From: the human T2T-CHM13v2.0 reference genome, Homo sapiens
DNA: 64,000 nucleotides
Assembly: GCF_009914755.1 (NCBI RefSeq)
Contig: NC_060937.1
Reading direction: 5' to 3' (one strand)
The notes below the pieces were generated by a model. It was not told the DNA's origin. It ran no database searches and saw only the letters and a program-made list of their open reading frames with translations. A program made the translations under genes and the position numbers. Positions 27,271-39,709 of the stretch are shown here, piece by piece. The number at the start of each line of letters is the position of its first letter. Positions within the stretch are counted from its first letter, which is position 1.

Positions 27271-27742
27271 CATGTATCTTTCATATTGCTACCGCAGTCA
27301 TATCCCCAGTGTGGATAGTCCAGATCTTTGAAATAATGTAAAGTTAAGTAAAGGAAAGAAATTATTTTTAAACATCATCATTTCTTTTACTGTAAAATGG
27401 AAGTAATTATAACATGTCAATATCATGTATTTTTAAACAGCAATTGTGTTAATAGTATATTTTACAAATTTTAAAATGACATAAAAATGCAAGATGTCAT
27501 ACTTAAATTGTTAGTATTCATTTGTTGTCATATTTAACTTTTAAAAAATGCTTTAACAGCCTTGCACAAATTCTGTTGTCTGTCTTGTGCTCCAATTAAG
27601 ATTCATTCAAAATATTTCTTTGTTAAGACATTATTCACAAAGTACTAATCATAAAAATAAGGCAGGAAAAGAACAAAAAATGGGCATTTCCTAATATCAA
27701 CACATAGTAAACACTTTAAATGTCATATTAAGAATGTACATC

Positions 27743-27786
27743 TTTGTTTTTTTTTTCTTTTTGAGACAGAGTTTCGCTCTTTTTGC
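27743..27786 (-). mobile_element. Minimal Alu 3' fragment (poly-T plus about 24 nt)
   Basis: tttttttctttttgagacagagtttcgctctttttgc is the antisense 3' terminus of AluSp/Sq; Alu similarity stops abruptly. Confidence 0.8.
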
Positions 27787-28025
27787 AACATCAGTACCAA
27801 GGACAGCATGCCTGGAAGCTGGTTTGCTAATTATGGGCAGTACCAACAACAAGCACTCAAATAACTGTGTGAGCAGCCCACACAAATACAGTCAGAACTA
27901 GGAAGGGGAATGAAAACAGGCATCAAGGTGAAGAGAAATGACAGACTGGGTTTTGGGGCATACATGGGATACCCATTTTAATCTCCCCCAAAATGAAGAG
28001 AATACACTGAGGGATTTTTAATTAT

Positions 28026-28148
28026 CAACAATAAAGTTTCTGAGGCCTTAACCCACCATGGTTTGAGAATAAAAAGGCCTCAAGCCACCATGATTTACTT
28101 ACCAACAATAAAGTTTCTGAGCCCTCAATCTACCATGATTTGAGAATA
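28026..28148. repeat. Degenerate direct duplication (46-bp copies, 77-bp period, partial third copy between)
   Basis: caacaataaagtttctgag...accatg(g/a)tttgagaata at 28026-28071 and 28103-28148; spacer contains ggcctcaagccaccatgattt. Confidence 0.9.
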
Positions 28149-31100
28149 CAGCCTTGCGTTTTGGTCACAGTCTTGGGATATTCAAGTTAAAATAGTAATT
28201 ACAATAATTACAGCAATGATAAAATTATTAATGTACTATTCTTAGGATTCAACATACACTTTTTGTTTTCATCATGACATTAGTCATGTAAAATAGATAA
28301 TACGATTCCTGTTTTACAGATGAAGCATTTGAAATTCAGATGCATTAAATAATTTGTCCAAATAACATAACAAATAAATGTTTTTCAGTATTCAGATCAG
28401 TTTTTCTTTCTTATTATTGTGCATTTAACCAGCATTGCTACAAAATATGGACTCACTTGGTATAGTTTTGCACATGAAAAGTACTTGTTTGGTACATGAA
28501 TAAATTCTATGTAGACTAAAACAACTGACAAAATGGAATCTAAAATTAGAAATCATATAGAATATAAGAAGTATATGTACATATATGTACCTCCATCCTC
28601 TGTTGTTGAAAACTCTGTTTCATTATGTAAAATAGAAAAAAAATATTTTCACTAAAATCTAATGAGCTCACATCTCATTGTTCAGAACTGAATCATTTCC
28701 CCACTTACATCCACAAAAAATAAAAATATAGAAAATGTATACTTTTCATGTGGGCATATTGGCATCAGGTAATCTCTGCTGCATGCCTCAAATAAAAAAT
28801 GAGCAGGAGTGATAGGTAAAGCCAGTAGCTATGAAGTATAAATACTTAAAGTTTATATTTAAAAGAATAAAACTTAATAGAAATAAAGCAAAACAAATTA
28901 ATGTCGTACTATTTTTTCTCTAATTGGCAGTTTTGTTGTTGTTATTGTGTTGTTTTCTTCCTTAGTTATATTGTGCTTGTTGGTTTAAAATGTTCCCCAT
29001 TGGCTAAAGTCTAAGGAATAATATTTCCTATATTAATGAGAAGATGACTGACAAAGTACAAACTTTGTCAATAAGGTCATTTGACAGTGTGTACAAAAGT
29101 ATACATTATTCCTCATGGGATTTAATCTCTGTAGGAGCAGAAACGCAGATTATTCCTTTCGTGACAATCAGAGAGTGAGCTGAAGATAAATGCCAGCCTC
29201 AAAACAGGCACTAAATGTTCTTGGACTGAATGAGTGGATACACCTAATTCTAGTAATTCCAATAATGAAAAAGTATCCTAGGCAATAAAAACTATTTGCA
29301 TATAAATGTATGTAAAATAATGCTAAATTTGGCCTTATCTATAAAACTAAAAATGGAAACAACATACATATCCCAAAATATGGCTGCCTGATTAAATTAT
29401 ATTTTTTCCATAAAATGTAATATTGGAGATTTATTACAAATAGTGATAGTAATAGAGAAAAATGTTTATGCTAAGTAAAACAGCAGTTGCCAAATATTAT
29501 ACCAAAAATGAAATTAAAGCTGTAAAAGCATGCTATTTTATACAGCTAATAAAGTGAACACCTATTGGGTGTTAAATACTATTATGAGGTTAATTCTATT
29601 CTCACAACTGATTAGCTAATTTAATCTTTAGATTTATCTTCAGGCTTATGAGGCCGCTATTACCAATGAAATGTTAATTAATTATTTTAAGTCTCACATC
29701 AGTCCTAGGAGGTCAGTACTATTTCAGTCTCCAGGAAACCAAATCACAGAAAGGTTAATTACCTTGCTGTAGAACACGCATTTAAAAAGTGGCTTGACTT
29801 CAAAGAATTAAGCTCCAGAGCCATTCATCTTAAACCTTCTACTCTATGCCTATAGTTATATGCATTATTATTTGAGTTCCACCTTGTGTCCCAAATTATG
29901 GTAATATTTTTATTTTTTATATTGAGTATATATTATTCTTATAACACCAAAGCAAAGCAATATTTTCAGAGGACTTTTTGAGAAATGCTGTCTTAAATAA
30001 ATAGTAAGAAAAAAAGGGACAAGGGTAATATGGAGATGCTTCAGGTATAAGATATTTCACAAAACCAATAAACAGACCGAAAATCACCAGTCATCTAACA
30101 ATTTTAGGAATGTTATTAGATCCAGGTTGTTGACAGTGGTGGAGTATCACAGGGCATTATGCCAAGAAGGTGGGAGGGAACGTGAGGCGGACTGTTGTTG
30201 CTTTTGTGAGCTCTCACTTTGTGGCCAATGTTTCAAGCCATGGTTTCCCTGATCCTTTGGGTTTTCTCCTCTCCCTGTCCACTAGGTACCTACTGGCATA
30301 TGAACATAAATGTCAGGTCACAGAATCAGAGCTTAATAAATAATTTTAATTTTAATGTGATTTTCAAGGAAAGTGCATAATTCATCCACATATGAAAACT
30401 GCCCCACTGATCTAAAAAGAGAAAATATCGGGAAATATATTTATTATGTCACTTGAAATTTTCTTTTTTAGTAATGGGGTCACCAGAATACAAAAGCGTG
30501 TGATCTATTGTCTTTAACACCCTCTGTAGTCAATAACACAAAGTCAAATATAGAGTAAATAGGAAAAAAATTATTTGATGCATATATGATATATGTGAAA
30601 TATATATTTTTCCTTCAAAGTTCCTGGAAATTGTTACAGTTCCTTCTGCTCCTGCAGTGTAAATGAAAAGGAAAAAAAGCCTCTCTCAGTTATTTAGTGC
30701 TTGCAAGGAGCCCCTTGCCCAAATCTCAGCAGCGGAGTGTGAAAATCTTTAATATCTAGGTTTGCAACAGCAAAGCAACACCAAGTTTTGACAACAGTAA
30801 CTGAGGCCATAGATAGTGGCATAAAGAAACTTTATACTCTAAAATTCTGTCAATTTCAAAAAAAAAAAAAAAAAATTGCAAATTCAATTCTTATGAGAAT
30901 GAGTTAGAGAATAATTTAGAAACAATATGACAGAAAGAAGTAGGCCTTTGCAAGAAAAAAATCATGTTAGAAGATTTGCATTATGATGATAATTATCACA
31001 ATTTTTAATTTTAAATTTTGCTATGAATAGTCATAGGGTAAAATCAATACCACAAATTAATATAACATAATTATTTTATTCATACATCATATGAAATAGA

Positions 31101-31465
31101 GTAAGTTGTTTCTAGGATTTTATAATAATAAAAATATGAACATTCTTGTATATTTATCCCAGTGAGCAAGTGCAAAAATTTCCCTAGGGTAGCAGTTACC
31201 AAACTTTTTGATTGCCAATTTTACAGTCTTAAAAATTACTAAGAACTGCAAAGAGATTTTGTTTGTATGGCTTACATTTATTATATTTGCCATATTAGAA
31301 ACTAAAATTAAAACATTACTGAACAATTTATTATAATAATAATGACAAAATTAAACCCATTATGTTGATATGTTTTATTGAAAATAACAATATCATCCAA
31401 AACAATTAGTGAGAAGAATGCCACTATTTTACATCTCAATAGAAAAAAGCTGGTTTCACATTTCT

Positions 31466-31602
31466 TTTTCTTTTTTTTTTTCTTTTGAGATGGTGTTTCG
31501 CTCTTATCGCCCACGATGGAGTGCAGTGGCGCGATGTTGGCTCACTGCAACTTCCGCCTCCAAGATTCAAGTGATTCTTCTGCCTCAGCCTCCCGAGTAG
31601 CT
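31466..31602 (-). mobile_element. 5'-truncated AluS (partial right arm)
   Basis: Poly-T, then gagatggtgtttcgctctt...ctgcctcagcctcccgagtagct; the host Charlie sequence resumes directly. Confidence 0.92.
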
Positions 31603-31676
31603 TTCTGTATTCAATCTGTTGTGATGATGTTGTTTTGCTTGAAGCGTGTAAAGAAAAGACATGACATGTCCACATG

Positions 31677-31718
31677 TTCTCATGTCATTTCTGTCCTCAC
31701 ACAGAAATGACATGAGAA
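31677..31718. repeat. Perfect inverted repeat, 18-bp arms and 6-nt loop
   Basis: ttctcatgtcatttctgt-cctcac-acagaaatgacatgagaa. Confidence 0.95.
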
Positions 31719-34130
31719 AAATTGAAAAGTGTTTTGGTAACACTTTTTAGATAATTGTGGCTACTTTTGATGCTATATTCAAACTTGATGAGTTTCTTAA
31801 AGATTAGTTGCAATGTGGAATCTGAAATCGTATCAATGAATTTTTCATACATTGGTATAGTAAAGTTCCCTAGGTTATCATGCACCTTGAATGGATATTT
31901 TATTCATGTATAACACCACACATTATTTGGAAAATATTTGTTCATGACACATTTTATTATCCAATATTGAAATAATAAAAACAATAAATTGCATTTGTTA
32001 ATATTGCCACATATCTCATCAGAAAAGCTTGAAGTAATGAAATGTTGTAAAGCACTTCAGATGGATACTAGTTTCTCTAATTTCAATACTTGCTTGATAC
32101 TGACTTTTTAAACTGTCATTGCTTAACGATGAAGGGAATGTTACTATCGGTATAGTTAGGTCTCTCCATCTTGATTTGTGCTAAGGCACCAGGAGTTTTA
32201 ACCACTATTGTTTTGCACCAACAGTGCAAATGTCAGTACAATTATTCCAGGGTAAACAGTATCACGCAGAAGGATTATTTGGCACCCGGCATATTTTAGC
32301 ACTACTCACGTTTATTGCTAAGCATTTGTATAAATTATCTTCTATGATAATTAATTTGTGCTTATTCTGGACCAATACACGAAAACAGCAAGTGTAGCTC
32401 CATGTTGTATTCATCTATTTGTAAGTCAAGAATACAATCCTGAACTCAGTATTTGTTGTTTTCAGTTAGATATTTAATTTGAAGATTTACAGTATCATTG
32501 AAACCACGTTGACATGATTTCTTTTATTAACTTTTCATTTGGCAGACACTCACCAATGGCAAAGTTTCAAGCCTTTATCAATTTCTCAACTATCATATAC
32601 AGTTACCCAACCAATGAAATACAATTTACCCTGTATGAGATTCCATGATTTTTTCATTTCTAGTTTGAAAGATGTCAAAAAAGACTTTCAACTTTAAAAG
32701 AACTCATGTTTACTTTTAAAATATTCAAATCTTTTTTTTCTTTAAACTTCGAGTGACTGCTTTCAAAAGGATGCTACATTTTAACTGACATGTAACACCA
32801 TTCAAAAATGTTCTATGGTATAAGACACAATAAGGCAAATTGTTAACATCACATAAAGCTGAGAGAAAGATAGTCTTTGTCATATTTCCCTTTCTTAGTT
32901 ACAGTTGGCCCAGTTTTTTGACATTAGTTTCCTTTTTCCGTGAGTCAGAATACTAACTGAAATGTCAGATTTATGTTTTTCAGCATCTATAATCACAGAG
33001 GATGAAGCTGTGAGTTGAGAAAACAGGTTGCAGTATCATCCTTACTAGGCCAACGTTCTGTCAGTAACTATAAGAAAAATATAATGTGAATAATTTTTTC
33101 TTTCATTTAGAAATATCATATTTTTATTATAAAATGATAACTATTTCAGAGGAAATTTAAGAATTGGGAAAACTTTTTAAATAATGTTTAAAAAAAGACA
33201 TGCAAAACAAGAATACAAAATTTACTTAGATCTTGTTGTGTGTCCACATATTTACATTCACATTTATAATAATTACTCATGTATTTGAAGAAATTTCTAC
33301 TTTCTGACTAGTTGCATTCTCTGTTGCTCTTTTTCTGATTCTATTTTACGTTTTCTATGTTGCTTTCTTTGACATGATCAAGGTATTTTGTTGTTTTATC
33401 TTCCCACTTTGTGTTAGTTTATTATTTGTTTTTATAAGCTCAAAGATTTACTCAGTTTGGGTAAAGGACACATTTGACTCCATAAAACATTCTCCCTTGA
33501 GGATTTTATTTAAAGACAAAGTTGAGTTTTGGGACAAGAGAACTAGAGTCCAGGCAAGCACTGGAAAGAAAAAAAAGGGTATGAAAGCTCTCAGCAAAGT
33601 CTTTAAGTCCCTTAACCATATAATAATTCTAGGCTTATGAAACCAGTTAGGCCAGTACCAAACCATGAATGGTGAGGCTGGTCACCAGATGATATTTCAA
33701 ACTTAAATAGCGCATTCATAGATCCTGTTCTCCTCACTTTGGCTAATAGCTAAAAACTAGACATATCGGCATCCTCAGATAAAGAGAGAACCTTATTCAT
33801 CCATTTGTAAATCATTGCTGTCTTTACATATGGTTTGTTTTAATGCTTTAAAAGTTAACTTAGTTACTTTATCCTTCTTATTTAATAATATCAAAGCTTA
33901 TTACTTTCCTCTTGAAAATACATTTTTATTTTCATTTGAAAAATTGTATTGTAGACTTTTTTCCCCAAAATTCACTGCTATTATTGCTCTTTCATTGGGT
34001 ATAATTATTAATATTTTGCTTAATATATTAACTATTTTACAGGATACTTTTTATTCTATGTTGTACAGTGAGTCATTTTAATAAATTATTTTTTACAAAA
34101 TTATTTTTTATTAGAAAAAATGCTGAAAAC

Positions 34131-34185
34131 ATTTTGTTGTTTTATCTTCCCACTTTGTGGTGTCAGCTAAAAAGCTGACACCACA
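34131..34185. repeat. 29-bp exact copy of 33385-33413 fused to a perfect 13-bp hairpin
   Basis: attttgttgttttatcttcccactttgtg is at both sites; tgtggtgtcagct-aaaa-agctgacaccaca at 34156-34185. Confidence 0.95.
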
Positions 34186-34988
34186 TGGCCAGTTGCATGC
34201 ACATAACTTTCATTACAAGAAGCATGAAATTTTAAAAATATTTTTAGAGAATAATGGCTAAATAAGAACTTATCTACTCTACTATGCTGTACATTATGTC
34301 ATTGTTTATATTAAAATGTGGTTGCAGAAAGCCATAAATGCCGTCATTTCTCTTATTAGTATATGTTGGTGGTTTCTGATTTGTAAATATCCATTCTTTT
34401 TTGCTTGATGTCAATAAACTACCATTTAAAGATCAAAAATTACTTTTTATTCTTCCTGTTTGTTAGCTTGTTTAGGAATCTACATTTATGCTTGAAGCTT
34501 TTTACATTTCAATTAATTATATTTTCCACTTCATTGTCTTTTATATTTTCCGAATTGATATATATTAGTTTTATATAAAATATTTTGTTTCAGTTAGTTA
34601 CTCGTGTATGCATCAACCTTGACTATATATACCTCAGTCAACTAGCTACTTTTTATGTCTTTATTACTGGTTACTTATTTTTTAGGTGATTGTATAACTA
34701 AAACCACTCAGAAATTTGCATTTGAAATTTTCTTTATCATAGAGAGATAGTACCTAATTCAAAGTATTATGATTTTCCAAGACCAACCTTAAAAGTATCA
34801 AAATATCAAGTAGCCACAAATTTGTGTTATAAGTGCCAAAGCATAATGCTTATCCTATCTTCCTCTACATTATTTGCAGATATCAATATACCACAAAGCA
34901 TGGCATTACCTGAAGATATCTTAGTTGGTAGTTTGATGTGGGTAGTGGACAACTTCGTATACAAGCTCCCTACTTTCCCCTTTCTCAG

Positions 34989-35086
34989 GCTGCATTTGAG
35001 AGATAAATAGTGAATCTGTAGGGACCTATGTTGGATGGTTTAAATGGGTTCAAACATGCAGTACTTTTCTAAAATTATATGCTCAG
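34989..35086 (+). other. Candidate non-coding exon (98 nt)
   Basis: Long pyrimidine tract ctccctactttcccctttctcag|G and consensus donor CAG|gtaagt; stop codons in all three frames. Confidence 0.45.
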
Positions 35087-36724
35087 GTAAGTTAAATGTC
35101 AACCATTGAAATGTGTACAAAATTTAAAAATCAAGATTAATTTCACACAATGAGTTGTTGCCTAAAACTCAGTGGAACAAAAATACATGTTGGATTGCTG
35201 ATTTGTCTAAAGACTGAAGTGACACTAAAAATTGGAAATTGGAGAGAACATTTGATATTAGCTGTATGAAAAGTATAGACCATGGTAGGATAAGAATCTA
35301 GCCTTAGTTTCTTTTTAAAATCTGTGGACGATATGAATCACAAGGTATTTTGACTTTTCAAGCTATAGAATACACTGACTATGTATGATTAATTTAACAA
35401 ATACGTATTATTTAGCTCTGAGTCAGGTCAAATTTTATAGTTAATACTGAAGTGAATGTAAATATAATCTATTTTTCTAAAAATAAACTTAAAACATTAT
35501 CTCATGTCCCTGGTCTACAGAACCCAGTGACATAATTTAATCACTTGAAAAAATATTCATGAATTCACTAATTTTTTCAATCATATACTGTTGTATCCCA
35601 ATGCATCCAAGGTTCTATATAGCTTTCATAAATTATCTTCCATGTGGCTTCTCAGTTCCAGGTAACAGAGTGTCTTATGTAGCATCCAGTTTTTGGTAGG
35701 TAATAGATAGTAGGAAATTATTTGCCCTATTTACCCGTAAACATTTTCAAAAACATACTTCATCTTGTATTGCTATTCAATGCAAGTTTCTACATTTGTT
35801 GCATCTGATGAGAGGTCCTTAGATTTACCAATCTTCTAGTCACCTAGTTAATTTAGATTATTTCTAGTACTCTAGTAGTGTGTATTTTTCTGATCTGCTT
35901 GCATTTTATCAGACAATTCTTTACATATAGATGGAGCTGAGGGATAATTCAAACTGAAATTTTCTCCATATTTCTTTCTTACGTGGATCCTAAGAGACTT
36001 AGTAAAGGAAGGTTCTTAGTCTTTAAGCTGAGACCTATGCGTAACAACATTTCTACACTTAAGCTGCTTTGCCATTCTCAAATGGCGGATTTGTTTATGT
36101 GTTTCAATGAGCTTAACCCCATCAAAGGCAAACACACTGGGTTGTCTTATCTAAGGTCTTGGGGCAGGTAGTGCAGTTCTTCTCTGTCCCTGTTCCCATC
36201 ACTTCCTTATGGCAAACATATTAAGCTTGGCTTCCTTCAAAGCCTAATCTTTGGCTCTTTAAAGCAGCAGACTCTTGAAAATGAAAAGCCTTTCATTTCA
36301 AGGTTATTGTCCCTGCTTTCAGCGTAAGAATCTAATTTGGAACACAAAACCAATCATTCTGTTCTATTTGAATACATTTTGGACTTTACTTCATGTTCTG
36401 AAAGCAATTAATATTGTTGATCCAATTGCAGGAGATGGAAGGTGGAGGACGGAAATAAATACATTTTTGAGTGAAAACTTGGTTTATAGGCCCAAATTTT
36501 AATACAACACACCATTATTTGCACAATTCTCTCTCTCTCTCTATGTAATTAAAACATAATCACATGCAGAGAGCTTTGCAAATTTTAGGGGCAGACATCA
36601 TTAAACAATTGAGAAAATGGAACATATCCAGCATGCCAAAATCTGCCTGCATGCTTAAAGTTATGCGCAACTACTATGATTTCTGATGGATTAGTCCACA
36701 GAGTAGTGTTGCTTTTATATGAAT

Positions 36725-38797
36725 TTTAAATTTAAAAAATTTTTAAATATATATTTAGGGGATACAAGGGCAGATTTCTTACATGCAATTGCATAATAGT
36801 GAAATCTGAGCTTTTAGTGTACCCATCACCTGAATAGTGAACACTATACCCAATAGGAAACTTTTCAATCCTCATGCCTCTTCCAAGCTCCCACCTTTTG
36901 CAGTCTCCAATGTCTGTTATTGCACTCCGTATGTCTCTTTGTACTCACTGTTTAGCTCCCACTTATAAATGAGGACGATCGGTATTTGACTCTGCTTCCG
37001 CGGTGTTTCACTTAGGATAATGGCCTCCAGATCCACCGATGTTGCTGCAACAGACATAATTTCATTCATTTTTATGGCTGAGAAGTATTCCATGTTATGT
37101 GTGTATGGTATATATATATCACATTTTCTTTTTCTAATCTTCCACTGATGGATGCTTAGATTGATTCAGTATCTTTGCTATTGTGAATAGTATGGTAATA
37201 AACATACAAGTACAGGTATCTTTGTGATAGAATGATTTCCTTCCCTTTGGGTATATACCCAGTAGTGGTATTGCTGAATCTAAGGATACTTCAATGTTTA
37301 GTTGTTTGAGAAATCTCCATACTGTTTTCCATAAGGTTGTATTAATTCACATTCTCACCAACAGTGCATATGTGTTCCCATTTCTCTGAATCCTTGCCAA
37401 CAACTGTTGTGTTTTGACTTTTTAGTAATAGCCATTCTGACGGGTGTAAGGTGGTATCGCTTTGTGTTTGTAATTTGCATTTTTCTGAGATTAGTGATAT
37501 TGAGTATTTTTCATATGTTTCTTGGCCACTTGGCTGTTGTCCTTTTCACACTTTTTAATGGGGCTATTTTGTGGTTGTTGTTAAGTTGTTTGTGTTCCTT
37601 ATAGATTGTAGATATTAGTCCTTTGTTGGATGCATAGTTTGCAGATTGTTTTTTGCCATTATGTAGGTTATCTATTTACACTCTTGTTTCTTTTGCTGTG
37701 GAGAAGCATTTTAGTTTTCTACTTCCATTTGTCTATTTTTGTTTTTACTGGCATTTGCTTTTAAAGACTTGGTCACAAATTCCTTGCATAGGCAAATATC
37801 CAGAAGAGTGTTTCCTGAAATTTTTATAGTTTCATGTTTTTTATTTAGGTTTTTAATCCATCTTGTGTTAATTTTTATATATTGAGAGAGGTGTAGCTGC
37901 AGTTTTAGTCTTCTGCATGTGTCTATCCAATTTTTCCAGCACCGTTTATTTAATTGTTCTTTCCACAGTATGCATGTTTTGTTGACTTTGTCAATGATCA
38001 GTTGGCTATTGGTATGTGGCTTTATTTCTAGGTTCTCTATTCTGTTCTGTTGATCTTTGTGTCTATCTTTATACCAGTACCATGTTGTTTTTGGCTACTA
38101 TAGTCTTGTAGTATAATTTGAAGTCAGGCGATGTGAAGCCTTCAGCTTTTTTGATTTTGCTTAGGATTGCTTTGACTTTTAGGATCCTTTTTGGTTCCAT
38201 ATGAATTTTAGGATTTTTTTTTCTAATTCTGTGAAAAATGGCATTGGTAATTTGGTAGAAATTCCACTGAATCTGTAGTATCATGATTTTAATGATAGTG
38301 ATTCTTCCCATCCATGAACATCTCGAGATGTTCTCTTATTTGCTTGTGTCATCTGCAATTCCTTTCATCTTGTTTTGTAGTTCTCCTTATAAAGATTTTT
38401 CACCTCCATGGTTAAGTATATTTCTAGTGTTTTTATTGTGTTTTTTTTTTTGTAGCATTGTTCATGGGATTTTCTTCTTGATTTGGTACTCAGCAAGATC
38501 ACTATTTGTATATATACAAAAATCCTAATTTCTGTACATTAATTTTGTGTCCTAAGACTTTCCTGAATTCATTTATCAAATCTAAGATTTTTTTTTCAGT
38601 CGAGTCTTTGGAGTTTTCTAGGTATAAGATCTTATCATCAGTAAACAAGAATAACTGAATTCCTGTTTTCCAATTTTGAAGCCTTTCATTTTGTCCTCTT
38701 ACCTGATTGTTCTGGCAAGGACTTCCAGTACTCTTATAGGTTGAATAAGAGTAGTAAAAGTGGGCATCCTTATCTTGTGCCTGTTCTTAGAGGGAAT
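36725..38797 (-). mobile_element. 5'-truncated L1PB (L1PB3/4-like): 3' UTR plus decayed ORF2 3' part
   Basis: Antisense 3' UTR (cttttagtgtacccatcacctgaatagtg, tttagctcccacttataaatgag); ORF 38069-38311 gives L1 ORF2-like KAILSKIKKAEGFTSPDFKLYYKTIV. Confidence 0.9.
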
Positions 38798-39091
38798 TTT
38801 ACACAAATTAATCATATTAATTGTAGACTTTGAGGTTTTGTTTCATTTGTTCAACATTATGTTTGTAAGATTTGTAGGATTCACTTATGTTGATGACTGT
38901 AGCTCTAGTTATGCCATTTTAATTTCTGTACATTACTCTATTGAGGAAACATACCTTAATTAACAACTTTGGACCAATATTTTAGTTTTCAGGTTTGGGT
39001 CTTTTACAAATAATGTTGCTATCAATATTGTCATATATATCTTTTAGTACATATGTGGATACAATTTGATTTGGAAATTGTTTCATTTTCA

Positions 39092-39246
39092 TTTTTTTTT
39101 TTAGAGATGTAGTCTCACTCTATCACCCAGACTGGAGTGCAGTCATGATCACAGGTCACTGCACGTCTACCTCCTGGGCTCAGGTGATCCTCCTACTCAG
39201 CCTCTTGATTAGTTAGGGCTGCATACCCATGCCACCACACCTGGCT
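39092..39246 (-). mobile_element. Old Alu monomer (AluJ right arm or FRAM)
   Basis: Poly-T, agagatgtagtctcactctatcacccagactggagtgcagt...cctcctgggctcaggtgatcctcc...gccaccacacctggct. Confidence 0.85.
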
Positions 39247-39384
39247 TTCTTGTTTTCAATGTCACCAAATGATTCCAAACAATTTCCCAAAAGGGCTATA
39301 TCAATTTACTCTTCATCAATATATGTGCAACTACTACATCCTTGCCAATATTTGATATTGTCAGATTTTTGTTTTGTTTTTTGA

Positions 39385-39709
39385 TAGGGATTCTTGGAAG
39401 GAATCTTCCTCAAATAGATAAAAAGCAACTGTGAAACTCTTACAACTAACACTCTATTTAGTAGTACAGTACTGAATATTTTCCACCTAAGATCAGGGTA
39501 TAATCAAGGATTTCAGTATGTCATTTCTCTTCAACATTTTATGGAAGCAATATTAGCAAGGGCAGTAAGACAAAGAAAATAAATGAAAGGCATTATGAGA
39601 AAAGAAAAACTGTCCTATTTTGCAGAAAAGGTTATAGAATTTATCAAAAAACTACCAGAATTAAGTGAGGTTAGCAATTTCACAGGAAATAAGGTCAATA
39701 TCCAAAAAT
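39385..39709 (+). mobile_element. Ancient L1M ORF2 (RT region) fragment
   Basis: cctaagatcagggtataatcaagga...ttcaacattttatggaag...agcaagggcagtaagacaaagaaaataaatgaaaggcat...tattttgcaga...aaggtcaatatccaaaaat. Confidence 0.7.

Larger units (their letters stand above)
31191..32240. mobile_element. Charlie1 (Charlie1a/b-like) hAT DNA transposon fragment, interrupted by an Alu
   Basis: agcagttaccaaactttttg...tcttaaaaattactaagaactgcaaagagattttgtttgtatgg...ttagtgagaagaatg...attcaatctgttgtgat...gttgcaatgtggaatctgaaa...gatttgtgctaaggcaccag. Confidence 0.8.

Noticed and set aside
28026-28148. Repeat-spacer-repeat as a CRISPR-like array
   Set aside because: Only two diverged copies exist and the spacer derives from the repeat itself.
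29049-29070. 9-bp perfect inverted repeat tgacaaagt-acaa-actttgtca
   Set aside because: Short enough to arise by chance in 64 kb of AT-rich DNA.
31677-31718. Hairpin as a pre-miRNA or intrinsic terminator
   Set aside because: The 18-bp stem is too short for a Drosha substrate, and intrinsic terminators do not apply in this genome.
36628-36657. Paired GCATGC as a p53 response element
   Set aside because: The half-sites deviate from RRRCWWGYYY and are too widely spaced.
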